Below, in pieces: positions 23,477-32,000 of a stretch of DNA of 32,000 nucleotides. Source of the stretch: Archaeoglobus fulgidus DSM 4304 (GTDB taxonomy: Archaea > Halobacteriota > Archaeoglobi > Archaeoglobales > Archaeoglobaceae); assembly GCF_000008665.1 (NCBI RefSeq), contig NC_000917.1, forward strand, positions 570,001 to 602,000. The letters run 5' to 3'. The translations under genes and the position numbers were made by a program. Within the stretch, counting starts at the first letter, position 1. Every line of letters begins with the position of its first letter. Under the pieces are notes generated by a model that did no database searches, had not been told where the DNA came from, and saw nothing but the letters and a program-made list of their open reading frames with translations.

Positions 23477-25008
23477 AGGCCTTCCTCCATTTTCGTCATA
23501 GCAAGCTCAGGATTGCGATAGTAGGCGTGGATATATCTCGTAACCTCTTTGTAGTTTCTGATTCCCCTTTTCAGCATGAGTTCAAGGTACCTCTTTCTGC
23601 TCAGCATTTCATCGTAAACCTCCTGAACGCTGACACCTAAGAAATCGGCCATCTTTTCAAGCTTCTTAGGCATGCTAACCTCAATGTGCTTATCCTCCTT
23701 AGGGTCCCACTTAACAAACTGGTTCACCAGAAGGTTTTTGTCAACAGGGTCTATGCCGAGGATTTCGTTAACCTCCTTCGTCCTCCTTAGCCTTGTGTTT
23801 CCCCTCACCCACATCGTCTGCACGAGAGCGATATCGAGGAACTGAAGCATGCTTCTCGGCACCTTAAGCGGCTCAGATTCGAGTCTGTAAACCATCTGGT
23901 TGATATCTCCGGCATGGAGTGTGGAGTAGCTCGCGTGGCCGGTAGACATAGCCTGGAAGAGCGTTTGTGCCTCCCTTCCTCTAACCTCACCCACAATGAT
24001 GTAGTCGGGTCTCTGCCTTAGCGCAGCCCTCAGAAGGTCGTACATGTCTATTTCTCCCTCACCCATTCCCGTCCTCGTAACCTCTGCGATCCAGTTTTCG
24101 TGGTAGAGCTTTATCTCTCTCGTATCCTCGATGGAGACGACCTTTGCATCCGGGGGAATGAACATCATAATGGCGTTTAGCGTGGTCGTCTTTCCGCTCG
24201 CAGTCTCTCCCACAACGATTGCGGAGAACTTGTGCTCTATCGCCAGCCAGAGGTAGGCGAGAACTCCTGAAGGAACTGTTCCCTTTTCTATCAAATCTAT
24301 GGGTGTGAGCGGTTCAATCGTGAACTTCCTTATCGTAAAACTTGAACCCCGAGGCGTTACTTCGGTGCCAAAGGTCGCCTGCAACCTGCTCCCGTCGGGA
24401 AGCGTGGCATCAACAATCGGATTTGCTATTGAAATGTGCTTCCCGCTTCTCTGCGTCAGCCTCAGAACCATCCTGTCAAGCTTTTCCTGATCAAGAACGA
24501 TGTTCGTCTCCACATTTCCGTACTTCTGGTGGTATATGAAAATTGGAATGTTGTAGCCATCACACGAGATATCCTCAACATTGGTGTCCTCCATCAAGGG
24601 GTCTATCAAACCGTAACCGAAAAAGTCGCGGAAAAGGTAGTAAAGCATTCTCGAGTAGAAGTTGTCAGTAAAACTCACAGCGTACTCCTTGGAGAGCTTT
24701 TCAATCGCTCTGACAAGCACTTCTGCTCTCTCTTCCAGATCAACAGAGACGTCCTGCAGAACCAAAATTTTCTTCAGGTCATCGTAAAGGGCGGAGATTA
24801 CTTCCGCCTCCTCGGAGCTTACAGTCGGTTCGAGAGCGTAATAGACGTTTCTGAACTCATCCTCGTTTTCAACAATTATGGCCTTTGTGAATGGTTCCTG
24901 TATCCAGTACTCTTCCACGATCCTGCTACCGCTACCGAACTCTGGTGTCTCAAGCAAGTCCTCACTCCTGATGTGCCTTCTAAGTATATCGTAGTGGTTT
25001 TTTGCCAT
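23473..25008 (-). CDS. gspE: Archaeal secretion ATPase GspE-like
   Basis: 511 aa; Walker A IVVGETASGKTTTLNAIM, Asp box VVSIEDTREIKL, LRAALRQRPDYIIVGEVRGREAQTLFQAMSTGHASYSTLHAGD; matches the expected length of the structurally characterised A. fulgidus GspE (recall). Confidence 0.95.
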   Translation of the reverse strand: MAKNHYDILRRHIRSEDLLETPEFGSGSRIVEEYWIQEPFTKAIIVENEDEFRNVYYALEPTVSSEEAEVISALYDDLKKILVLQDVSVDLEERAEVLVRAIEKLSKEYAVSFTDNFYSRMLYYLFRDFFGYGLIDPLMEDTNVEDISCDGYNIPIFIYHQKYGNVETNIVLDQEKLDRMVLRLTQRSGKHISIANPIVDATLPDGSRLQATFGTEVTPRGSSFTIRKFTIEPLTPIDLIEKGTVPSGVLAYLWLAIEHKFSAIVVGETASGKTTTLNAIMMFIPPDAKVVSIEDTREIKLYHENWIAEVTRTGMGEGEIDMYDLLRAALRQRPDYIIVGEVRGREAQTLFQAMSTGHASYSTLHAGDINQMVYRLESEPLKVPRSMLQFLDIALVQTMWVRGNTRLRRTKEVNEILGIDPVDKNLLVNQFVKWDPKEDKHIEVSMPKKLEKMADFLGVSVQEVYDEMLSRKRYLELMLKRGIRNYKEVTRYIHAYYRNPELAMTKMEEGL

Positions 25009-25053
25009 TGACTAAATGTTATATTTCCCAAAATATATGCTTTTCTTGCAAAT

Positions 25054-25329
25054 TTACAAGTCAGGCAGGTCCCAGCGGGGGCTGGGGTCGCCCCTTACGT
25101 ACTTCTCTATCAGCTTCCTTTCGAGGTCAACGTCGTACAGGTTGGCAATTGAGATTACCATGAACAGCACGTCAGCAAGCTCTTCCTCAACGTTTTGGTT
25201 TTTTCTGACCGCCTCAGCAAGCTCTCCAACCTCCTCGAACAGCACCGCCAGCAGAAACAGAGGACCGCTACGCGAATCGGTCTCGTAGTACTTCTCCCTA
25301 AAAATTTTTTGAAAATCTTTTAGCTCCAT
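25054..25329 (-). CDS. MazG-like nucleotide pyrophosphohydrolase
   Basis: 91 aa; LFLLAVLFEEVGELAEAVRKNQNVEEELADVLFMVISIANLYDVDLERKL (EExxE...D pattern). Confidence 0.85.
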   Translation of the reverse strand: MELKDFQKIFREKYYETDSRSGPLFLLAVLFEEVGELAEAVRKNQNVEEELADVLFMVISIANLYDVDLERKLIEKYVRGDPSPRWDLPDL

Positions 25330-25335
25330 AAAAAA

Positions 25336-26475
25336 TCACTGCTGGGGCTCTCGCCCCACGCTTTTCGCCCACGTGTAGGCGAGGGTTCTGTAGAGGAGGT
25401 GGGCAAACTTTGAGTAGGGGGCGTAGGCAATCAGCGTAAACACCAGAACCAGGTGTACAAGGTACATGTAGTACGCCGCCACGCTACCCGCATACCTCAA
25501 AGCCTCAATGCCCACTCCTGTTAGACCAACTGCGAATATTGTGCCGAGGAAGAGCCAGTCGAAGTACGTTCCGTAACCTATTTTCTCGTTGCTGAATCTT
25601 GCCACAATCGCCCAAAGGGAGCCTGCTACCAGCAGCAAGGCTCCGAGGTTGCCCAGAACTTTCACAGGGTCAGTTGGTGGAAGAGCGAGTTCCTCAACTC
25701 CGAGACCGTAGAGATAGACTATGTCACCGAGAGTTGCGATGCCAAGGATGATGAAACCCCAGAAGATCATGAAGTGGGCAAAATAGCGGTATCTTGCCGT
25801 GCCGCACTCGGCAAACCGTGAGTGTTTAAGTACATCTATTATTGACCAGAAGAGGCACTCAATGAACCTTGGGCTTGCCCTAACCACTTCAAGCTCTGCG
25901 TTCTCGCCGAGCCTGTATTCGTAAACCTTCGAGACCTCAGAGTTTATCCCAGTCCAGAACCTGTAAGCCCCAATGGCCGCAATCAGCAGAGCCCATCCTC
26001 CAACCAAGAAGCCAGCTATCTCAACGTGCAGATGCGGAATGAAGTTTCCAATCACTATCTCCCCGCTGGGTATTTCCGGGCTGAAGGCCGCAAGGTAGGC
26101 TAACGTGAGGATGATTGGAATGGCAAAGTAGACGACTATTCCAGCGGGCTTCAACAGTATTTTGGCAAAAAAGTTTGGAAATGCGAGTTCCTGAATTACC
26201 TTGGCCCTTATAGCTCCGAGAACCTCTCCGGGCTTTGCACCTCTCGGGCAATACTCGCTGCAGTCGTTGCACTGGTGGCAGAGCCAGACATCCGCATCCT
26301 TAATCAGCTTATCCTTCAGCCCCCACTGAGCCCATATCATCTCCTTCCTTGGGAATGGCGCCTCTTCGGGGCTCTGCGGGCATACGACGCTGCATGTTGC
26401 ACACTGGTAGCACTTTCTAAGCGTCTTACCTCCAAATCCTATCACATCCCTGACGAACTGCGCATCAACCTCCAT
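25336..26475 (-). CDS. qmoC: Quinone-interacting membrane-bound oxidoreductase subunit C
   Basis: 379 aa; two cysteine-rich FeS motifs CYQCATCSVVCP and CHQCNDCSEYCPRGAKPGEVL fused to a multi-TM cytochrome b-like domain; downstream of qmoB. Confidence 0.92.
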   Translation of the reverse strand: MEVDAQFVRDVIGFGGKTLRKCYQCATCSVVCPQSPEEAPFPRKEMIWAQWGLKDKLIKDADVWLCHQCNDCSEYCPRGAKPGEVLGAIRAKVIQELAFPNFFAKILLKPAGIVVYFAIPIILTLAYLAAFSPEIPSGEIVIGNFIPHLHVEIAGFLVGGWALLIAAIGAYRFWTGINSEVSKVYEYRLGENAELEVVRASPRFIECLFWSIIDVLKHSRFAECGTARYRYFAHFMIFWGFIILGIATLGDIVYLYGLGVEELALPPTDPVKVLGNLGALLLVAGSLWAIVARFSNEKIGYGTYFDWLFLGTIFAVGLTGVGIEALRYAGSVAAYYMYLVHLVLVFTLIAYAPYSKFAHLLYRTLAYTWAKSVGREPQQ

Positions 26476-26483
26476 AGTCCACC

Positions 26484-28727
26484 TCAGAACCCCTTATACG
26501 GGTTCGCACCAATCTCCATGATCTGGTTGACGAAGTTGTCTATAATCTCTGTAATCTTGTCCCACTCGTTTATAGAGATTTCCACCACCTGCACTCTCTC
26601 CTTCTCCAGCATCAGCCTCTCAAGAGTCTCTGCCACATTCTCCATTCTTCTGTTGGCAAGCTCACTTCCCCTGATGAAGTGGCACTGGTAGTCCTCTCCG
26701 TACTTACATCCTACAAGCAGAATCCCATCAATACCCTTTGAGAGTGCGTCTGCGATAAAGACGGTGTTGACCGAACCGAGGCACCTCACCGGGATGATTC
26801 TGGCAAGCGGGCTCCACTTCTTTCCGTTCAGAGCGGACATGTCCAAAGCTGGCAAAGCGTCATTCTCGCAGGCGAAGACTATGAAGCGGAACTTGTCCTC
26901 AGCCCCCTCATCCCAGTTGGGATCAGGGACGTAGATTGACTTAACCGCTGACGCCATCTGGTCGATGCTGTAGGTCTTGAAGCTGATGATTCTCTCAGGA
27001 CAGGCACCGAAGCAGATACCACATCTCCTGCACCTCAGCGGATTGGGCATCGGAGTGCCCTTCTCATCCTCATCAAGTGCACCAAAGGGGCACTCTTCAG
27101 TACACCTCTTACACTGAGTGCAGCGCTGGAGGAAGAACTGCGGGTAGTCGATATCTCCAGTTCTCGGGAAAGTCGTTTTACCTTCAGCAACGAGCTCAAC
27201 CGCCTGAATCGCCTTTAAGGCTGCTCCCTTCGCATCTTCAATGCATGAGGCAATCTCCATTGGTGCCCTGACAGCTCCGGCAGCGTAAATTCCAAGCCTC
27301 CTGCTCTCATAGGGGAAGCAGATGTAGTTGGAGTCGGGGAACCCGTACTTCAGCGTGGGAAGCTCGGGACCCTGCCTGTACTGCAGGTTGAGTATATGCC
27401 CGGCCTGCTTGATTACTTCAACATCCTCCTCGCTCTTAATCAAATGCGGCTCGGAAATGTGCTTGTAAGGCACGGTCTTTTCATCCGGGAATTCTTCCTT
27501 TACCGTATAAAGTCCCTTCAGCGTTGAGACCATTCCCGTTGCGAGCACGATCAAATCAGCTTTAATTGCAATGTCCTCTCCAAGTAGCGTGTTGGTCACG
27601 ACAACCGTCAGCTTTCCACCCTCTTCTTTGATTTCCTTGATGTCACCCTTCGTCAGGAAAATTCCATCGTCCTGCTGCATTTCCTTGTAGAAATCCTCCC
27701 AAAGTCCTGGAGTTCTCATGTCCTTGTAGATTATGAAGGCATTGCCATTGGTAAGCTCCCTCACGTACTTTGCCTGCTTAAGGCTCACGAGGCAGCAGAC
27801 GGATGAGCAGTAAGGCAGGTGGTTCTCGTCTCTCTGCCCTGCGCACTGGATAAACACCACATTCTTCGCCTCGCTTCCATCAGACTTTCTGAGGATTTTG
27901 CCCTCCTTTGCCATCTCCTCGAACTCAAGGTTTGTGACGACGTCGGCAAACTTCCCATAGCCAAGCTCCTCTAAAGCTGAGGCGTCGTAAGGCTTCCAGC
28001 CGGTTGCGACAACAATTCCTCCAACTCTGAACTGCACCTTCTCTCCATCCTTGTTTAGCACAACGTCGAACATTCCCGGCTGGCCGCTGATTGAGTCAAT
28101 CTCTGCGGAGGTGTAAACCTCTATGTTTCCATTACTCTTTACCTCATCAATTAGCTGGAATACAGGATTCTCCTCAATTCTCGTGTATGGCGGCTCAACG
28201 GGCAGAGTTTTGTAGTATTTGGCCACCCATCCTCCGAGCTCGGCCTCCTTCTCCACAAGATGGGCTTTGTAACCCGCCTTTGCAACCTCAAGAGCGGCGG
28301 TTAAGCCTGTAACACCACCGCCAACGACGAGGATGTCCTTCGATACCTCCTCAATGTATGGCTCGGGCTTTTCAGCCTTCTGGGCTTTGGTGATGGCAAT
28401 TCTCAGGTAATCCTCGGCAAGCTCCTGAGCGTGCTCATCAATGTCGTGGCTCCAGACAACTCCCTCTCTGAGACTCGCCCTCTCAACGTACTTGTCATCG
28501 AAGGTGAAGAGGGCCGTTTTCACACGGGGTGAGCATGCTGCAATTACAAGAGCGTCAAGCTCCGCAGCATCGTTCTTGAGCATTTCAACTCCTTCCTGCG
28601 AGCAGAGGTGCGGATGGATCTTTGCCTCAATTCCAAACTCCTCCTTTGCAACGTTTTTCAGCCTTTCGATGTCCAGCTTATCGATATCACAACCGGTACA
28701 GATGTAAACACCAACTTTCTCCATCAT
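26484..28727 (-). CDS. qmoB: Quinone-interacting membrane-bound oxidoreductase subunit B (HdrA-like)
   Basis: ORF track start 28742 trimmed to ATG 28727/28724 behind SD GGAGGTGA (minus strand, 28737-28730); VGVYICTGCDIDKLD, VVGGGVTGLTAALEVAKAGYKAHLVEKEAELGG, YCSSVCCLVSLKQAKYV, CTQCKRCTEECPFGAL, CRRCGICFGACPERII, MvhD-like tail CENDALPALDM. Confidence 0.93.
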   Translation of the reverse strand: MMEKVGVYICTGCDIDKLDIERLKNVAKEEFGIEAKIHPHLCSQEGVEMLKNDAAELDALVIAACSPRVKTALFTFDDKYVERASLREGVVWSHDIDEHAQELAEDYLRIAITKAQKAEKPEPYIEEVSKDILVVGGGVTGLTAALEVAKAGYKAHLVEKEAELGGWVAKYYKTLPVEPPYTRIEENPVFQLIDEVKSNGNIEVYTSAEIDSISGQPGMFDVVLNKDGEKVQFRVGGIVVATGWKPYDASALEELGYGKFADVVTNLEFEEMAKEGKILRKSDGSEAKNVVFIQCAGQRDENHLPYCSSVCCLVSLKQAKYVRELTNGNAFIIYKDMRTPGLWEDFYKEMQQDDGIFLTKGDIKEIKEEGGKLTVVVTNTLLGEDIAIKADLIVLATGMVSTLKGLYTVKEEFPDEKTVPYKHISEPHLIKSEEDVEVIKQAGHILNLQYRQGPELPTLKYGFPDSNYICFPYESRRLGIYAAGAVRAPMEIASCIEDAKGAALKAIQAVELVAEGKTTFPRTGDIDYPQFFLQRCTQCKRCTEECPFGALDEDEKGTPMPNPLRCRRCGICFGACPERIISFKTYSIDQMASAVKSIYVPDPNWDEGAEDKFRFIVFACENDALPALDMSALNGKKWSPLARIIPVRCLGSVNTVFIADALSKGIDGILLVGCKYGEDYQCHFIRGSELANRRMENVAETLERLMLEKERVQVVEISINEWDKITEIIDNFVNQIMEIGANPYKGF

Positions 28728-28728
28728 T

Positions 28729-29943
28729 TCACCTCCTTGCAAGCTGAATAGCCTTCAGCGCTGCTGCCGTTGCGGTTTCGTTGGCTGAGGCGACCTCCAT
28801 GGGCATCGCCGCAACACCTACCGGAATGATGCCCGGCTTTGGCTTAACGAATCCATACTCGTCAAGCTCAAGCCCGGGAATGGGCTCGATGGCAGGCTGC
28901 ATGCCTGTGGCGAGAACAACCATGTCGACCTCTTTCTTGCTTTTCACACCGGTAAGCGTGTCTTCAGCAGTCACAACAAGCTTTCCGTCAACCTCCTCAA
29001 CCTTCGCAACCTTTCCCTTGATGAGTTCGATTTTTTCGTCAGCCTTAACTTTTGCGAAAAAGTCCTCGTATCTTCCAAAGGCTCTGATGTCGATGTAGAA
29101 GATGTATATCTTCGCATCAGGATACTGCTCCCTCACATAGGTTGCCTGCTTCAAGCTCGCTAAGCAGCAGATTGCAGAGCAGTAGGGCAGGTGGTTCTCA
29201 TCCCTGCTTCCGGCGCACTGAACGAATGCGATTGTTTCTATTGGCTTACCGTCCATCGTCTGAATAACGCCACCAGTCGGCCCGTTTGGCGATGCAAGCC
29301 TCTCCATCTCCATGTTGGTTATGACGTTCTTGTATTTTCCGTAGCCGAGGTTATCAAGTTTGGTTGCATCGTAGGGCTTCCAGCCTGTCGCAACAATTAT
29401 GGATGACACATTCAGGGTCATCTCCCTCTCCTCTTCATTGAGGTCTATGGCGTTGTACTTGCATGCAGAAACGCATTCACCGCACTTATTGCAGTATTTG
29501 TCGTCAATGTAGTACTGGAAGGGCATCGCCATGATGTTAGGCAAATCGATGGCCTTCTTCTTTTTCAGTCCGAAGTTGTACTCGTCCGGAGCCTCAATCG
29601 GGCAAACCTCCTTGCAAGCCCCGCATGCTGTGCAGTTCTCGTTGACGTATCTCGGCTTGAGTTTGACTTTAACCGTAAAATTCCCCGACTCTCCGCTTAT
29701 CTCCTGAACCTCGGCGTTTGTGAAGTACTTCAGCTTTGGTGTGCTCTTCATTCTCTTGAAGAGGATTTCAAGCCCGCAGAACGGTGGGCAAAGCTTTGGG
29801 AAGTACTTGTTCAGCTGTGATACTCTTCCGCCAAGGTACGGGTTCTTTTCCAAGAGAATCACATCATATCCCGTTTCGGCAGCTTCTATAGCAGCAGTCA
29901 GTCCAGAAATTCCGCCTCCTATAACAAGTATTTCGCCAGCCAT
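28729..29943 (-). CDS. qmoA: Quinone-interacting membrane-bound oxidoreductase subunit A (HdrA-like)
   Basis: MAGEILVIGGGISGLTAAIEAAETGYDVILLEKNPYLGGRVSQL, CPPFCGLEILFKR, NCTACGACKEVCPIEAPDEYN, CNKCGECVSACKYNAI, YCSAICCLASLKQATYV; start trimmed from 29952 to ATG 29943. Confidence 0.93.
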   Translation of the reverse strand: MAGEILVIGGGISGLTAAIEAAETGYDVILLEKNPYLGGRVSQLNKYFPKLCPPFCGLEILFKRMKSTPKLKYFTNAEVQEISGESGNFTVKVKLKPRYVNENCTACGACKEVCPIEAPDEYNFGLKKKKAIDLPNIMAMPFQYYIDDKYCNKCGECVSACKYNAIDLNEEEREMTLNVSSIIVATGWKPYDATKLDNLGYGKYKNVITNMEMERLASPNGPTGGVIQTMDGKPIETIAFVQCAGSRDENHLPYCSAICCLASLKQATYVREQYPDAKIYIFYIDIRAFGRYEDFFAKVKADEKIELIKGKVAKVEEVDGKLVVTAEDTLTGVKSKKEVDMVVLATGMQPAIEPIPGLELDEYGFVKPKPGIIPVGVAAMPMEVASANETATAAALKAIQLARR

Positions 29944-30076
29944 AGCTAACACCTGATTGCCTGTTTCAACCTCTGGCTTGAAAAGAAGTTAATAAATGTA
30001 TCGAAATTAAGCCACATTCGAAATCCAGGATTTTTGGAAACCGAAAACATTTTTAAGGTTAAATTGTTTATTTAGT

Positions 30077-31285
30077 GTGTTGAGAGCTAAGCTTCTGTCA
30101 TGGCAAGAGGGAGTGGGTAGCAAAACTTTTGAATTTGATGTTGATGTCGAACCGAGAAGCTACGTAATTTCGAAGGTTAGCCAGCTCAGCCCCATAATCG
30201 CAAGTGAGGACCTCACCGTTTGCGAGGGGGAGGTTGCGGTTGTTGGTACAAGAGTAATCGAAATACCTGAAAACACCGTTGTCAGGCCTGTGGCTGCAAT
30301 AAGCCATGCAAACGGTTTTGTTGCAGACGTAATTGAGTGCGGGGCTCCCGGAATGGTTGAGGACGAAAAGTGCATAAATCACGCAGTTTTCATCCCAACG
30401 AGGTCTGGGGACGTAAAGGAGGGCGACTTGCTAGGAATGCTGCGGATAAATTTCGTTAGGACGGGTTTGCTCTCCAGGGTGATTCCCTCAAAACCGAGGG
30501 TGGAGGAAAGAACTGTTAAAGCATCTCTGACGTGGGTGGAGGGCGGAGTTTTCTATAGAGAAAACGTAACGGGAACGTTCAGCGGATACTTCGAGAGTGA
30601 GAGGTGCAGTCTTCTGCCGATTGTTGCGGACGAGAGGGTGAGGATCGAGAAGGGAGGAGTTTCGGCTGTAGAAATAGAGAGGGTGGACGTGAAGGGGGGA
30701 AGCATCATCACCCCCTACGGTCTGGCCGCAAACGCCTTTGCTCAGCTTCTTGATCTTGTAGGGGGTAGAACTAGGAAGTTTGAGGAGGATAGAGTCTTCG
30801 ATGAGGCCGTTTTGGTTGGGTTCAGCGATGGAGTTGTTGAGAAGGGGGAAGTTCTGGGTCTCGTCTGCGTTATGGGCGAGAGCAGTGGAGGGGGCAACAG
30901 CAGACAGTTGCAGTTCTCCAGAAAGGCCGGCAAAGGTGTTGTCAAGACGATTCACGAATACCGAAGCAAGCCACTCAGGGTAGGCAGAAAGGGGGAGTGG
31001 AGGCCAGCCATTTCCGACGAGAACAGGAAGCTCATAAGGGGTGTTGCGGAAATCATCAAAATCCGGCCGATTAACGTTCCTGATTATGCAGTAGTTAATC
31101 CTCTCGGCATCATGAGGCAGGCCTACGGAACGATGGTTGGTGGGATTGCAAATGAGCCTTGGAGTCTGGAGAGCAGAAAAACCATAGAAGAGGTTGTTTT
31201 CCTGCCGATAATGGATGGAGAGGTTAGAAAAGGGCAGCTCATTGGTGTTTTCAATGTAACAAGAGTTGCAGAAGGCAAGCTTTAA
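30077..31285 (+). CDS. DUF22 domain protein with repeated modules
   Basis: 402 aa; three related motifs GDVKEGDLLGMLRINFV, GVVEKGEVLGLVCVMGE, GEVRKGQLIGVFNVTRV; resembles the archaeal DUF22 repeat family (recall). Confidence 0.7.
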   Translation: MLRAKLLSWQEGVGSKTFEFDVDVEPRSYVISKVSQLSPIIASEDLTVCEGEVAVVGTRVIEIPENTVVRPVAAISHANGFVADVIECGAPGMVEDEKCINHAVFIPTRSGDVKEGDLLGMLRINFVRTGLLSRVIPSKPRVEERTVKASLTWVEGGVFYRENVTGTFSGYFESERCSLLPIVADERVRIEKGGVSAVEIERVDVKGGSIITPYGLAANAFAQLLDLVGGRTRKFEEDRVFDEAVLVGFSDGVVEKGEVLGLVCVMGESSGGGNSRQLQFSRKAGKGVVKTIHEYRSKPLRVGRKGEWRPAISDENRKLIRGVAEIIKIRPINVPDYAVVNPLGIMRQAYGTMVGGIANEPWSLESRKTIEEVVFLPIMDGEVRKGQLIGVFNVTRVAEGKL

Positions 31286-31309
31286 CTTCCCTTACTCTTT
31301 TTTCAAGCC

Positions 31310-31897
31310 GTGAAGGTCTATCTTGGTGGAGAAGCGGAAGTAAAAATTCTGGAAAATGTGGTTGTAAAAACCAGAATCCCAAAGAGGTACAGGATAAAGG
31401 AGCTTGACAGGGAGCTGAGGCTAAGAAGGACAAAGATGGAGGCGAAGATAATCTCCGCTGCAAGAAGAGCTGGTGTGCCAACACCAATCGTTCTGGATGT
31501 TGAGGAGGACACCATCGTCATGGAAAGGATTTACGGAGAGGCTGTGAAGGATGTGATGAGTAAGGACGTGAGCAGAGAAGTAGGGAGAATGGCCGCGAAG
31601 CTCCACAGAGCGGGAATAATTCACGGAGACATAACCCCTATGAACTTGATTTTAAGCAACAGCAGAATATACTTCGTTGATTTTGGGCTCGCTTTCTTCG
31701 ATAACAAAGTGGAGCCGATGGGTGTGGACGTGCACGTTTACTTTGAATCGCTGAAGGCGAGCTTTGAGAACTGGGAGAGGCTGAGAGACGCCTTTATTGA
31801 AGGGTACCTCGCAGAGGGGGGAAGTGAGGAGGTAATAGAGAGGGCAAAGGAGATTGAGGAGAGGGGGAGGTACGTCGAGAGGGTTAGCATGGGCTAA
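31310..31897 (+). CDS. bud32: KEOPS complex kinase Bud32 (standalone)
   Basis: 195 aa with GTG start; GGEAEVKILENVVVKTRIPKRYRIKELDRELRLRRTKMEAKIISAARRAGVPTPIV, VMERIYGEAVKDVM, LHRAGIIHGDITPMNLILSNSRIYFVDFGLA. Confidence 0.96.
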   Translation: MKVYLGGEAEVKILENVVVKTRIPKRYRIKELDRELRLRRTKMEAKIISAARRAGVPTPIVLDVEEDTIVMERIYGEAVKDVMSKDVSREVGRMAAKLHRAGIIHGDITPMNLILSNSRIYFVDFGLAFFDNKVEPMGVDVHVYFESLKASFENWERLRDAFIEGYLAEGGSEEVIERAKEIEERGRYVERVSMG

Positions 31898-32000
31898 AGC
31901 CTTTCAAGCTCCCCACCCTTAGTGATTAGGATTGCTCTGCCCTCGAAAACTGCCTTTGCCATCTTTTTTCTTGCAGCATTCACCAGTCTCCAGACTGTAG
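31894..32000 (-). CDS. C-terminal fragment of an unidentified protein (truncated by window edge)
   Basis: Minus-strand frame: ...TVWRLVNAARKKMAKAVFEGRAILITKGGELERL*, overlapping the 3' end of bud32 by 4 nt. Too short to assign. Confidence 0.4.
   Translation of the reverse strand, partial: TVWRLVNAARKKMAKAVFEGRAILITKGGELERL

Noticed and set aside
25016-28707. Plus-strand ORFs 25016..25288, 26275..26691, 27077..27271, 28091..28312 and 28441..28707
   Set aside because: All are antisense to MazG-like or Qmo genes whose cofactor motifs are clear on the minus strand.
1-32000. CRISPR arrays, toxin-antitoxin pairs, restriction-modification or other defence islands, tRNA/rRNA genes
   Set aside because: I looked for regularly spaced repeats, cloverleaf-like segments and nuclease, methyltransferase or defence motifs and found none I could support. 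The MazG-like gene sits in the qmo context, so I did not call it a defence or toxin-antitoxin component.

Overview
This is a gene-dense, thermophilic-archaeal chromosomal segment. The gene content (QmoABC, Top6B, aIF5A, Bud32, GspE, UPF0280) strongly suggests Archaeoglobus fulgidus or a very close relative. In order it contains: the 5' end of ileS; a DapB/diaminopentanoate-dehydrogenase-like oxidoreductase; a minus-strand transport block (TAXI-TRAP receptor, fused TRAP permease, DUF1850 protein, then an ABC ATPase, permease and lipoprotein receptor); a complete ~1.2 kb IS with two divergent genes; an XRE-type regulator; a frame-disrupted DUF4405-like membrane gene; aIF5A-agmatinase; icd-FAD reductase-UPF0280; an orphan small protein; a RAM-domain protein plus top6B; a FAD dehydrogenase-TldD-TldE block; a GspE/GspF-like secretion pair with an accessory protein; MazG; qmoCBA; a DUF22 protein; and bud32. 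The best leads are: (1) the ABC substrate-binding protein at 7075..8082 reads as a natural circular permutation, with the C-terminal half first, the N-terminal half second and the break at the inter-lobe hinge; (2) the IS at ~8103..9314 separates that operon from a symmetric divergent promoter/operator, and removing it restores leaderless-promoter spacing; (3) a single TATA element midway between the two divergent IS genes; (4) an overlooked 1-nt frameshifted membrane gene at 9867..10153; (5) a perfect 9-bp inverted repeat bracketing the icd TATA box. No convincing new defence system, CRISPR array or tRNA was found. All functional statements are motif or recall based; no database search was run.
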